A stretch of DNA of 64,000 bases from Eubacterium sp. (lineage in GTDB: Bacteria > Bacillota > Clostridia > Lachnospirales > Lachnospiraceae), in NCBI GenBank assembly GCA_017539165.1, contig JAFYHN010000043.1, positions 42,588-106,587 on the forward strand, read 5' to 3'. The notes beneath the pieces were generated by a model. The model saw only the letters and a list, made by a program, of their open reading frames with translations, had not been told where the DNA came from and ran no database searches. Positions 1 to 9,506 of this stretch are shown in pieces. The first letter of the stretch is position 1. Each line of letters begins with the position of its first letter. A program made the position numbers and the translations under genes.

Positions 1-1
1 C

Positions 2-907
2 ATTGTTATTCCAAAAGGGTTTGGAGATTCTTTTGATAAGCTTACAAATTCAGGAAAGAAAGATGATATTGAGTTTTTAAATCTTTTGGATGCAACTTAT
101 GACGATGCAAGGCCTCGTGGTATTTTTATCAATATGCAGATAAATGAATTCCTGAATGGAGTTGCTGATTATATTAGTCTTGGAGAGTCGTTGGAAGAGG
201 CTTTAAAAAAGTCGGAAAGCTCTATAGATGTAGATAGATTCGTAGCAGTTCAGGAAAAAGAGACAGATAGTTGTGAGAGGATATATTCTTCGTTTACATT
301 TCTTCCATTTGGAATATTATCTATCATTTTTTCAGGAGTTCTGTCCGTTATAATCAGTTTTAATGAGAAAGAAAAGAAGAACAGGACGATAGTTTCTTCA
401 GTTAAGATGACGAATAGAAATTTTGCACTTGTTATGGGCGCACTTACTATAGCGGTTCTGGTTACATCATTACTTATATTTATAATATCGTTTAATGCTT
501 CATTTGCTTTTGTCTTTACAAAGACATGGTGGCTCTCAGTGCTGAATGCATTTATATATACATTATCAATAACGTTGATGATATCCATGTTAACAAGTCT
601 TCCACTTGGAATTAATAAAAAAGGAACGGACAGTGTATCTTCCTTCTTGACGTGTATCCTGGCACTTTCGTTTGGTTTCCTGGGAGGAACATTTGTTGAC
701 CTGACAATTCTCGGTGATGATGTTGCGAAGATAGGTCGTTTTATTCCAAACTACTGGTATTCAGTGGCAAGTCGTAAGATATGGTATGGTTCTGCGGATA
801 TTTCGGATCTGCTGGATTGTTTCGGCTTCCAGATTCTCTTCGGATTTGCATGTTTATCAATAGGACTGGTATTTACAAAATTCTTCGGGAGCAAGAGTGA
901 GAGTTGA
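2..907 (+). CDS. ABC-2 type transporter permease (5'-truncated by window edge)
   Basis: Frame is open from position 2 (IVIPKGFGDSFDK...) to TGA 905-907. Six C-terminal hydrophobic segments and a PNYW motif typical of ABC-2 permeases. Confidence 0.8.
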   Translation: MVIPKGFGDSFDKLTNSGKKDDIEFLNLLDATYDDARPRGIFINMQINEFLNGVADYISLGESLEEALKKSESSIDVDRFVAVQEKETDSCERIYSSFTFLPFGILSIIFSGVLSVIISFNEKEKKNRTIVSSVKMTNRNFALVMGALTIAVLVTSLLIFIISFNASFAFVFTKTWWLSVLNAFIYTLSITLMISMLTSLPLGINKKGTDSVSSFLTCILALSFGFLGGTFVDLTILGDDVAKIGRFIPNYWYSVASRKIWYGSADISDLLDCFGFQILFGFACLSIGLVFTKFFGSKSES

Positions 908-935
908 TATTTGATAAAAAGGTGTTATAAAGGGG

Positions 936-974
936 AATCTCCGTATCTTAAATGTAAAGATGCGGAGATTTTTG
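936..974 (+). terminator. Rho-independent terminator
   Basis: AATCTCCGTATCTT...AAGATGCGGAGATT inverted repeat followed by a T-run. Confidence 0.75.
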
Positions 975-985
975 CATTTTAGTAT

Positions 986-1014
986 TTGCAAGACTTTTGG
1001 ATTGATAGTAAAAT
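986..1014 (+). promoter_or_regulatory. sigma-A type promoter
   Basis: TTGCAA-17 nt-TAAAAT upstream of the 1067 ORF. Confidence 0.6.
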
Positions 1015-1066
1015 ATAACATAGGGGTGAAACAATAAAATCTTTACTTATTAAACGAGGTAATGAT

Positions 1067-3427
1067 ATGTCTGAGGAGAAGATATTTCATATTGGGGTTA
1101 TGATTGGAAATGTTCATACCCAGCATCCAATGGAGCTTATAAGAGGGATAAGTGAAGCGGCCAAGACGGAAAACGTGAATATATCCTTTTTTGTTGGCGC
1201 CCAGGGAAATGCACTGGATTTTTGGAAAGGGGATGAAGATGATTTCAATGCATACAATTATCAATATAATTCCCTGTACGATTATTCGCTGATAGCAGGA
1301 CTGGATGCTATTATCATATCCTATGGAACACTTTGTATATATCTGGAGAATGAGAACAGAGAAGAATTCGCAAAGAAATACAGAAGTGTTCCTCTTGTTA
1401 TACTTGAGGAGTATGATGAGGAGTCTTGCGACAGTTTCATTATCAGTGATAATTTCGGGAGTATGTACAATATAGTTGAGCATCTGCTTTCGGACCATGG
1501 TTATAAGAAGGTTATCTATCTTAGCGGACCTAAGAATAATACAGACTCTAACGAAAGAGAGCGTGCTTACCGTGAGGCTATGAAGGCACATGGTCTTAAT
1601 GTGACAGAAGCTATGGTGGAATATGGAGATTATTCCTCTAATGTTGATAATCTGGTTGAACGGCTTCTTGATAATAATCCGGACGCTGAGGCTATCGTAT
1701 CTGCTAATGATGAAATGGTCATCAGTATTTATAATGTTTGCAGACAGAGGGGCCTGAAACCGGGAAGGGATATCGCTGTTACTGGATATGATGATGTAGA
1801 TTTTGCTCAGCGAATGGATCCGCCTCTTACGACGGCTAATCAGGATGGCCTTGATATGGGGTATCGAGCGCTTAAATGTGCTGTCTCTCTGTGCAAGGAT
1901 TCCTCTCAGCCTATAAAGATGAAGATACCTGCGAAGTTTATAAAACGTCAGTCTTGTGGTTGTAAGATTGAGAGTGTTATTGATGAGCTGGAGTTGACAG
2001 ATATCCTGAATAAGATAGAGGATTCTGCTGATAAGGAACAGATAACTGAAGCGGCATCAGCTGCTGCGGTTGGTTCATATAAGAGTGTTGTATCCGAAGA
2101 AGACAGAATTAAGGGTAAAGAGTATTTTGAATTTTTGATATCTTTACTTCTTGATCTGAAAGATGCAGATTATAAGAAAAAGGAGATAGCAGATGATGCT
2201 CTCCTGCATGCACAGAATCTATGTATGAATGAAGAAACCAATAATCTTGATTTTTCAGGTTTTCTTATGTCATTCCACCAGGTGATGCGTTTCTTTATGG
2301 AAAAAGAAAAGGATGTAGACATACTTGTTACTCTAGGACGAATTCTTGAGATAACAGATAACTACATTACATCATTTGTCATGCGAAATGATGAAAATAG
2401 TATAATGATGCTTCTCAAGAAAAGCTGGGCAGCTCCTGCATCTATAAAATATATGATAGATAAGGCAGACGATGAAAATGCATTTAATCGTATGGCTCTT
2501 GAAACTGCGATCGATCAGGGTGCCAAGAGTGCTTATCTCTACCTTCTGCCTAGTCCTCTGAAGTGCGACAGGAAAGAGGAGTTTCAGTGCCCTGAAAGCT
2601 TGGAACTCGTTGCGGAATATACAGATGATATAGTAAAAGTTTATGAAAAGGGGAAACGTCCGGTTGTAACGAGAGAAAAGGGCTTCTCGTCACTTTATCC
2701 GTCTTCTTCAAAGCATAACTATGTAGTTTTCCTGCTTTTTGCCAAAGCATATCAGTATGGTATTATGCTTTGTGAGATAGATGATACGTCTATCGGGCTT
2801 CTTTACGGAGTGACGCTTCAGATTAGTACGGCAAAAGCTTATATGCAGATAAGTGAGCAGGAGAATAAGGCTAAGCAGCAGTTGTATGATACTTTGAAGG
2901 AACTTCGGGATAAGAATGAGGTTCTCAGTTTTGTTTCATCGACTGATGCACTTACTGGAATATATAACAGGCGTGGATTTATAGAAAATGCTGTTGCTGC
3001 GATAAATAGACATATAGGCATGCGGGCGGCATTCTTCTTCTCGGATCTTGATCATCTGAAACAGATCAATGATGAGTTTGGACATCAGGAAGGTGATTAT
3101 GCACTGATACATGCCGCGGAGATAATTAAGGAAACGATAGAAAGCTTTGGACGTGAAGGAGCAGTTTGTGGTCGTATTGGTGGCGATGAGTTTGTTTCCT
3201 TTATGATCTGTGAAAATGAAAATGATACTGATGAGGTATTGGAACAGATGAAGCTGAGATGCAAGCGCTTTAATGAGACATGTGACAAACCTTATTATGT
3301 GGAATTTTCAACAGGATGTAATCCGTTTATCTGTAGGGAGGTCTTCTCAGTAGCTGAGCTGACCAGTCAGGCGGATGAATGTCTTTACGAAGCTAAAAAA
3401 ACGAGACGACAGAATATAGTTAAGTAG
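1067..3427 (+). CDS. Diguanylate cyclase with N-terminal LacI-type (periplasmic-binding-protein-like) sugar sensor domain
   Basis: LacI effector-domain motifs (ERERAYREAM, ANDEM, VTGYDD, PPLTT) without an HTH. C-terminal DALTGIYNRRGF, DLDHLKQINDEFGHQEGD and RIGGDEF. Confidence 0.9.
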   Translation: MSEEKIFHIGVMIGNVHTQHPMELIRGISEAAKTENVNISFFVGAQGNALDFWKGDEDDFNAYNYQYNSLYDYSLIAGLDAIIISYGTLCIYLENENREEFAKKYRSVPLVILEEYDEESCDSFIISDNFGSMYNIVEHLLSDHGYKKVIYLSGPKNNTDSNERERAYREAMKAHGLNVTEAMVEYGDYSSNVDNLVERLLDNNPDAEAIVSANDEMVISIYNVCRQRGLKPGRDIAVTGYDDVDFAQRMDPPLTTANQDGLDMGYRALKCAVSLCKDSSQPIKMKIPAKFIKRQSCGCKIESVIDELELTDILNKIEDSADKEQITEAASAAAVGSYKSVVSEEDRIKGKEYFEFLISLLLDLKDADYKKKEIADDALLHAQNLCMNEETNNLDFSGFLMSFHQVMRFFMEKEKDVDILVTLGRILEITDNYITSFVMRNDENSIMMLLKKSWAAPASIKYMIDKADDENAFNRMALETAIDQGAKSAYLYLLPSPLKCDRKEEFQCPESLELVAEYTDDIVKVYEKGKRPVVTREKGFSSLYPSSSKHNYVVFLLFAKAYQYGIMLCEIDDTSIGLLYGVTLQISTAKAYMQISEQENKAKQQLYDTLKELRDKNEVLSFVSSTDALTGIYNRRGFIENAVAAINRHIGMRAAFFFSDLDHLKQINDEFGHQEGDYALIHAAEIIKETIESFGREGAVCGRIGGDEFVSFMICENENDTDEVLEQMKLRCKRFNETCDKPYYVEFSTGCNPFICREVFSVAELTSQADECLYEAKKTRRQNIVK

Positions 3428-3430
3428 TTT

Positions 3431-4591
3431 ATGAGTAGAATATTTGACAAGATCATAATACATATTCTTACGGTATTTGCCATGTGTTATATAATGCATG
3501 GCAATACCTTTCTTGTTGTTTTATATACTTCTATAATACTGAGTGGTGTAAACTATTATCTTATAAGCAGGGAAGATATGAGATTCAAGATGAATCCGGA
3601 AGGTGCTAAAGAATGGTGCGCTTTTGTTCTGGAGATTCTGGCGGCACTTCTCAGTCTGTTCTATCCTAATGCAGTTTTATTTATTCCAATCATTATGTAT
3701 GATACAGTCAGATCGAGAAACTACTATGCGGCAGGCGTGTCAGTTATAGGTCTTTTAAAATATTTTAACGGATCTGAGACAGATGTTAAGGTATTTTTGT
3801 ATATCCTGTCTGTTACGGTTCTGTCGGTTATGCTCTCTGTTTATACAGAAGAGAAGAATGTTGTAAAGAGAGAATACAGAAGGCTCAGAGATGATTCGGT
3901 TGAGAAGAACACACTTCTGAGATCACAGAATACAGAGCTCATTAAAGCGAGAGATACGGAGATATATAATGCTCAGCTGTCTGAAAGAAACAGGATAGCA
4001 CGTGAGATACATGATAATGTTGGACATACACTTTCCAGAGCTATTCTACAGATGGGAGCTCTCCTGGCAATCCATAAAGAGGAACCTGTCCATAGTGAAC
4101 TGGAGGGGGTAAGACAGACGCTTGATGATGCCATGAACAGTATCAGATCAAGCGTTCACAATATGCATGATGATTCCATCGATGTTATGTCGAATTTAAC
4201 TCATATGGCAGAACCTCTTAAGAACAGGTTTAATCTCCATATGGATATCGATATCGGGGATGATACGCCTCGTCAGATAAAGTATGCAATAATAGGTATC
4301 ACTAAGGAATGTATATCAAACATCATTAAGCACAGTCACAATACAGATGTTGATATAAGATTAAATGAACATCCATCGATGTATCAGCTTATCATTCATG
4401 ATTACAATTCTGAGAAGAATTCGGATGAAAAGGATTCCAGAAAAAACGTTCTTTCAGGAACTGGGATACTGAATGATCCGGGGATGGGACTTGAGAATAT
4501 ACGTGGCCGTGTAGAATCAACTGACGGAAAACTTAATATATCAACAGAAAATGGATTCAGAGTTTTTGTGACAATACCGAGGAAGGAATAA
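3431..4591 (+). CDS. Membrane sensor histidine kinase (HisKA_3/NarX-DesK type)
   Basis: N-terminal TM segments, ERNRIAREIHDNVGH H-box, KECISNIIKHS N-box, GMGLENIRGR G-box. Confidence 0.9.
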   Translation: MSRIFDKIIIHILTVFAMCYIMHGNTFLVVLYTSIILSGVNYYLISREDMRFKMNPEGAKEWCAFVLEILAALLSLFYPNAVLFIPIIMYDTVRSRNYYAAGVSVIGLLKYFNGSETDVKVFLYILSVTVLSVMLSVYTEEKNVVKREYRRLRDDSVEKNTLLRSQNTELIKARDTEIYNAQLSERNRIAREIHDNVGHTLSRAILQMGALLAIHKEEPVHSELEGVRQTLDDAMNSIRSSVHNMHDDSIDVMSNLTHMAEPLKNRFNLHMDIDIGDDTPRQIKYAIIGITKECISNIIKHSHNTDVDIRLNEHPSMYQLIIHDYNSEKNSDEKDSRKNVLSGTGILNDPGMGLENIRGRVESTDGKLNISTENGFRVFVTIPRKE

Positions 4592-4592
4592 G

Positions 4593-5273
4593 ATGAAGGT
4601 AGTTATAGTAGATGATGACAGGCTTGTGGCCATGTCTTTAAAGACGATTGTGGAATCAGATAAAGATATAGAAGTTCTGGCAACCGGTAATTCTGGTGAA
4701 GAGGCTATAAATCTATATGATGAATATGATCCGGATGTTCTGCTTATGGATATTCGTATGGCAGGAATGACGGGACTTGAAGCGGGTGAAGAGATTCTTA
4801 ATAAGCATGCTGATGCAAAGATACTGTATCTCACCACGTTTAATGATGATGAATATATAGTAAAAGCTCTTTCCATAGGTGCAAAGGGATATATAATAAA
4901 GCAGGATTTTGATTCGATAGTGCCATCGCTGAAAACAGTATTCAGTGGTCAGACGGTATTCGGAAATGAGATAACGGAAAAACTGCCGAATATTCTTCTG
5001 AGATCTACTAATTCAGGTGAAGCTTCAGAAGAAACGATTCCAGGTAATGTAGCTGGAGATTTCTCATATGAATCACATGGACTTACCGAACAGGAATTCC
5101 AGATAGTGAAATGTGTGGCTGACGGACTTTCCAATAAGGAGATAGCAGATACACTATTCCTTTCGGAAGGCACGGTGAGAAACTATATAAGCAACATACT
5201 TTCGAAACTGGAACTTCGTGACAGGACCAATCTTGCGATATTTTATTATAAAGCTATAAATAGACAGAATTGA
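4593..5273 (+). CDS. NarL/LuxR-family response regulator
   Basis: VVIVDDD, DVLLMDIRM receiver motifs; GLSNKEIADTLFLSEGTVRNYISNILSKL LuxR HTH. Confidence 0.93.
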   Translation: MKVVIVDDDRLVAMSLKTIVESDKDIEVLATGNSGEEAINLYDEYDPDVLLMDIRMAGMTGLEAGEEILNKHADAKILYLTTFNDDEYIVKALSIGAKGYIIKQDFDSIVPSLKTVFSGQTVFGNEITEKLPNILLRSTNSGEASEETIPGNVAGDFSYESHGLTEQEFQIVKCVADGLSNKEIADTLFLSEGTVRNYISNILSKLELRDRTNLAIFYYKAINRQN

Positions 5274-5296
5274 AATGACTTGGAGGACAAACGATT

Positions 5297-6214
5297 ATGG
5301 CAGAAGAAAAAGTAAAAGAAGAAAGCTTTGTGAATAAGGGGGTATCTTTCTTTTGGAAATACCTTCTGGGAGGGATCATACCAACCGCTATTTTGACATT
5401 TATCCTATTGATAATAGGAGCTAATGTATCGACATTTATCATATCAGAGCCATTTGGGAGATTTATGACGGAAGATCATCCGACTCTTAGCACGGGTCTT
5501 TCATATATGGGATCTATAGGTGTGTGGGTTGTAATTCTTATAATCTATCTGATACTCAGAAATCGTAGAGAATATTTAAAAAAGATCTTGAATAGATTTA
5601 ATAAAAAAACAGCGATATGTCTGCTTGTGGGACTGGTGATCGGCGTGGGTCTGAACCTTATTTGTGCTTTTGCGGCGATGTTGAATAAAGATATCAGCCT
5701 GTATTTTAATGATTTTAATGTGCTTTCCTGCATTTTTCTTCTGATCAGTGTGTTTGTTCAAGCGTCCTCTGAAGAACTGCTGTGCAGGGGCTTTATGTAC
5801 AGAAGAATAGAAACATTTTATAATCAGCCTATAGTACCGATTATTGCTAATTCTGCATTTTTTGCAGTGCTGCACGGGTTGAATCCCGGAGTGACGATAG
5901 TTTCATTAATGAATATTTTTCTGACAGGTATATTATTCTCCTGCTTGTATTATTATACTGATAGTATCAGTCTCTGTTTTACAGGACATACCGGATGGAA
6001 TTTCTGCCAGAGCATAATACTTGGACTTCCGAACAGTGGTGTGGTTGTTCCATATTCTTTCATGAAGCTAGATGCTGCAAATGCAAGAAACAGCCTTTTT
6101 TATAACTGCGCATTCGGTGTTGAGGGAACTGTTTTTTCAGTCATCATTCTTGGACTGGCGTGTGTAGTAGTAATTGTTCTTGGACGTAAAGGAATAATAA
6201 GAAAAGCCCGGTAA
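5297..6214 (+). CDS. CPBP (CAAX protease-like) intramembrane metalloprotease
   Basis: EELLCRG, FAVLH and HTGWN motifs; multiple TM helices. Confidence 0.88.
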   Translation: MAEEKVKEESFVNKGVSFFWKYLLGGIIPTAILTFILLIIGANVSTFIISEPFGRFMTEDHPTLSTGLSYMGSIGVWVVILIIYLILRNRREYLKKILNRFNKKTAICLLVGLVIGVGLNLICAFAAMLNKDISLYFNDFNVLSCIFLLISVFVQASSEELLCRGFMYRRIETFYNQPIVPIIANSAFFAVLHGLNPGVTIVSLMNIFLTGILFSCLYYYTDSISLCFTGHTGWNFCQSIILGLPNSGVVVPYSFMKLDAANARNSLFYNCAFGVEGTVFSVIILGLACVVVIVLGRKGIIRKAR

Positions 6215-6224
6215 TCCCGGGCTT
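6204..6224. terminator. Hairpin between convergent genes (possible bidirectional terminator)
   Basis: AAGCCCGG-TAATC-CCGGGCTT. Confidence 0.55.
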
Positions 6225-6231
6225 GAACTAT

Positions 6232-6630
6232 TTAATGATAGTGATCGTCGTCGTAATCGTCAGCATATCCGTCGTGGTCATGATCGGACATGAATTCACG
6301 TCCGGAAATCCTCTTTCTCTGACGTTCTTCTTCGACAAGTTGTGACAGCTGTTCTTTAACTTCTTTTGAATTCTTTATATTCTTTATCTCAAAGCATTTC
6401 ATAGTCTTATCTGAACTGTCTACACTGATGGTTCCAAGTCCGAAGATCCTCTGGAGAAATGATCTCTTAAGAGAGAGGTCAAGAATACGGTAAAGTCTTA
6501 TCTCATCTTCCTTGATGCTGAAAGCACCGGTTTTGATAAATAGTCTTTCTTCATCAAAGCTGTAAACTGTGAAAGACCATGGAAGTCCGCACCAGTTTCT
6601 TTTTCTTTGCTTAAATATTAATTCGCCCAT
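6232..6630 (-). CDS. Bacterial PH-domain (bPH_2/YdbS-like) protein
   Basis: YSFDEERLFIKTG...EIRLYRILDLSLKRSFLQRIFGLGTISV pattern; RBS GGAGG upstream. Confidence 0.8.
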   Translation of the reverse strand: MGELIFKQRKRNWCGLPWSFTVYSFDEERLFIKTGAFSIKEDEIRLYRILDLSLKRSFLQRIFGLGTISVDSSDKTMKCFEIKNIKNSKEVKEQLSQLVEEERQRKRISGREFMSDHDHDGYADDYDDDHYH

Positions 6631-6676
6631 TTTTTAACCTCCTGATATTCTGTGGCTTTAGATATATCACTCTTCT

Positions 6677-6705
6677 AAGATACCCTAAATGAAGTTATGT
6701 TTCAA
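6677..6705 (-). promoter_or_regulatory. sigma-A type promoter for the PH-domain gene
   Basis: Minus strand TTGAAA-17 nt-TATCTT. Confidence 0.5.
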
Positions 6706-6828
6706 CATAAAAGTTGCCAACTTATCATTGATTTATTCATAAATAATAGTTAGAATAGATGTGTATGTGCTGATGTTGGTCGGCATTGATAAGGACTATA
6801 TTGTATAAGTTTGTAAAGGAGAAGTATT

Positions 6829-6999
6829 ATGGCAGATTTAAATGATATTAAGAACCTTGCAGATAAGGCCGGGGATGTTGCAAAGAAGGCTGAAGATATG
6901 GCAAAGAAGGCTGGAATATCAGAGAAAGACATTAAGAATGCAGCTGACAAAGTTGCTGATGTAGCTAAGGATATTCTGGATAAGAAAACTGGTAAATAA
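6829..6999 (+). CDS. Small 56-aa Lys/Asp/Ala-rich amphipathic protein (absent from ORF track)
   Basis: RBS AAAGGAG upstream of ATG 6829; MADLNDIKNLADKAGDVAKKAEDMAKKAGISEKDIKNAADKVADVAKDILDKKTGK-TAA; codon usage like neighbouring genes. Confidence 0.8.
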   Translation: MADLNDIKNLADKAGDVAKKAEDMAKKAGISEKDIKNAADKVADVAKDILDKKTGK

Positions 7000-7049
7000 T
7001 TCAATCGACTTTGGTGTAGAAAAATAATTATAGGTTAAAGGGAGAGCGT

Positions 7050-8648
7050 ATGTTACAATGTCCAAACTGTGGGGGGAGTGTTGTTTTCGACATTGCCACG
7101 CAGCAGATGAAATGTCAATCATGTTCATCTATATTTAATCCATACGATTTTAAATATGCAAATGGTGCTGAGGAAAGTACTGAATATGATGTTACGGTGT
7201 TCAAGTGTCCTCAGTGTGGTGGTGAGATAGCTTCTACTGATGAGACAGCAGCTGCATTCTGTAGTTATTGTGGTTCTTCAAATGTTTTGGAAAGTCGTAT
7301 ATCTAAAGAGAAAAAGCCGCAGCTCATTATACCGTTCAAGAAAACAAAGCAGCAGTGCAAGGAGCTGTTTGCAAAGAAGGTTGGTAAAGCTTTGTTTGCC
7401 CCTTCGGATTATAAAAACTGTAAAGTAGAGTCATTCAGAGGTATTTACATGCCATACTGGATGTATGACATGTCTCAGAACGGACAGGTGACTGCGAAGA
7501 CATCTACTTCACACAGAAGCGGAGATTATATAATCACGGATCATTATCTGTGTTCAGGTAATCTTCAGGCGGTATATAATGGAGTCTCATATGATGCGTC
7601 ATCTTCATTTGCAGATGATATAAGCGGAGAGATAGCTCCCTACAGTGTGAAAGATATAACTACATTTACTCCTGCATACCTATCAGGATATTATGCAGAT
7701 ATAGCTGATGTTCCGGTTGGAACATATACTAATTCGGCGAAAACATCAGCTGATGAATATTCGACAGACTATGTCAAAAAGAAGACTCCATTTTCAAAAG
7801 AATTTGTAGAAAGTGGGCTGAAGGTTCCGACTACTGTTGTGAATGTAACCAGATCAGCTATGTTTCCTGTATGGTTTATGGCTTACAGAAGAGGGAATCG
7901 AGTAGCGTATGCTACAGTAAACGGACAGACCGGAAAAGTTTCTGCGGATGTGCCTATAAGTATTTCGAAATACCTGGTATGCGCGATGATAGCAGCACTT
8001 ATATGTTTTCCGATACTTCAGTTTTTCTTTACTATAACACCGCATACTATGATGATCATAGCGTCTATCATCTCAATGCTCGTTGCGATCATGTATAATG
8101 GAGAAATGAAGAAGATACTCGCTTTAGAAACTCATGAAGATGATCTGGGTTATAAAGCTAGAAAGAATACCCCTGATTCCAAGCAGGTTAAACAACCTAA
8201 AAAGAAAAAAGGAAAAGGCCTTATGGATGTAAGCCAGGCTATTGGAATTGGAATCTTTATATTCTTTCTGTTGGGAGCGGGTGGTTCGATATTTGGTGGA
8301 ATCATATCATCGCTTTCTTCTGATGAGACACCTATTGTAAGAGCGGTAATTATTCTTATTGTTCTTGTTATAATAATCGGTGTTACGGTCAGTGCTAATA
8401 AGAAAATATCTCAGATGATATACAAAAATGGTTTTGCTGCATCAGTCTGGACTAGTATTGCAGTAGGTATACTGCTTCTGATAACTGTGATCAATCCGGT
8501 AGGAGACATTTATTACTATATAGCTATAGCAGCATCGATAGTCGGGGTTCTGATCACACTACTGGATATGATGCTATGCTTTAATCTTATGGCAATGCGT
8601 CCATTACCTCAGTTCAAGATGTATCAGGGAGGTGATGACCGTGCGTAA
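7050..8648 (+). CDS. YdjG-like zinc-ribbon membrane protein
   Basis: Four CxxC motifs (CPNC, CQSC, CPQC, CSYC), IIPF, GIYMPYW, PVW and VNGQTGKV as in B. subtilis YdjG; extra C-terminal TM helices. Confidence 0.75.
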   Translation: MLQCPNCGGSVVFDIATQQMKCQSCSSIFNPYDFKYANGAEESTEYDVTVFKCPQCGGEIASTDETAAAFCSYCGSSNVLESRISKEKKPQLIIPFKKTKQQCKELFAKKVGKALFAPSDYKNCKVESFRGIYMPYWMYDMSQNGQVTAKTSTSHRSGDYIITDHYLCSGNLQAVYNGVSYDASSSFADDISGEIAPYSVKDITTFTPAYLSGYYADIADVPVGTYTNSAKTSADEYSTDYVKKKTPFSKEFVESGLKVPTTVVNVTRSAMFPVWFMAYRRGNRVAYATVNGQTGKVSADVPISISKYLVCAMIAALICFPILQFFFTITPHTMMIIASIISMLVAIMYNGEMKKILALETHEDDLGYKARKNTPDSKQVKQPKKKKGKGLMDVSQAIGIGIFIFFLLGAGGSIFGGIISSLSSDETPIVRAVIILIVLVIIIGVTVSANKKISQMIYKNGFAASVWTSIAVGILLLITVINPVGDIYYYIAIAASIVGVLITLLDMMLCFNLMAMRPLPQFKMYQGGDDRA

Positions 8649-9447
8649 GATAAAAGTGGCTATGATGGCGATGCTTTTCATATTTGCCATTGTATTGGGA
8701 CTAGGTTTTAATTCTTGTGCAGATGGTCAGAATTCTGCTGAAGATGAAATACGTTATAGAAACAGTGAAACCGGATACCAGTCTGTAATCATGGATTACG
8801 CAGATCTTCTTTCGGATGGAGAAGAGAGCGGTCTTCTTGAATCCATGAATAAGATTACGAAATATGGTAACTGTGTATTTGTAAGTGTTAATGAGAATTC
8901 CGGATCTACAGCCTCTATGGCTTCCAGAGTTTTTAATCAAAGATATGGCGACAACACCGTAAATGGTGTGTTATTTATAATAGATATGCAGAACAGATAT
9001 CTGTATGTATATCATTCGGGAAATGCGGTAAGCAGCATTCTGACAGACTCCAGATGCAACACTATAGCCGATAACGTATATAAGTATGCATCTATCAAGG
9101 AATATTTTAAGTGTGCTAACGCCGTATTCGATCAGGCAAATACTATTTTGGAAGGTGGGACTATAGCTCAGCCGATGAAGCTGGTCAGTAACGTTCTACT
9201 TTCAATCGTACTGGGTATGATTTTTGCGTATTTGATAGTAATGTCATCATCCGCTTCAAAGCGAGCTTCACAAGCAGAAATGCTTGCAGCTATTCAGTCT
9301 GCACAGAAATTCTCGAATTTCCAGAAGGAATTTGCCGGACAGACAAGAAGATATGATCCACCAAGCAGTTCATCCTCCGGAGGCGGCGGAGGTGGCGGAG
9401 GTGGTGGAGGCGGCGGAAGCTCAGGCGGAGGCGGCCACTCATTCTAA
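8641..9447 (+). CDS. TPM-domain (YdjH-like) membrane protein with Gly/Ser-rich tail
   Basis: Signal/TM segment, DYADLLSDGEES, GVLFIIDMQNRYLYV, TM, then SSSSGGGG...GGHSF. GTG 8641 chosen for GGAGGT spacing; the track starts at 8632. Confidence 0.8.
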   Translation: MRKIKVAMMAMLFIFAIVLGLGFNSCADGQNSAEDEIRYRNSETGYQSVIMDYADLLSDGEESGLLESMNKITKYGNCVFVSVNENSGSTASMASRVFNQRYGDNTVNGVLFIIDMQNRYLYVYHSGNAVSSILTDSRCNTIADNVYKYASIKEYFKCANAVFDQANTILEGGTIAQPMKLVSNVLLSIVLGMIFAYLIVMSSSASKRASQAEMLAAIQSAQKFSNFQKEFAGQTRRYDPPSSSSSGGGGGGGGGGGGGSSGGGGHSF

Positions 9448-9506
9448 AACACCAGGCTTTGCAATAAGCCACAAAATAAATCTTAATCAATCTAAGAGGG
9501 GAAAAG

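Noticed and set aside
5297-6214. CPBP ('Abi') genes as phage abortive-infection defence
   Set aside because: The Abi label for this family is historical; motifs indicate intramembrane proteases and there is no defence-island context.
6677-6710. sigma-W/ECF promoter (TGAAAC...CGTA) for the PH-domain gene
   Set aside because: Spacing to a GTA word is 14 nt rather than about 16, and a sigma-A reading (TTGAAA-17-TATCTT) fits better.
9376-9440. G-rich tract as a G-quadruplex or contingency locus
   Set aside because: It encodes the Gly/Ser tail typical of TPM proteins, using mixed GGN codons.
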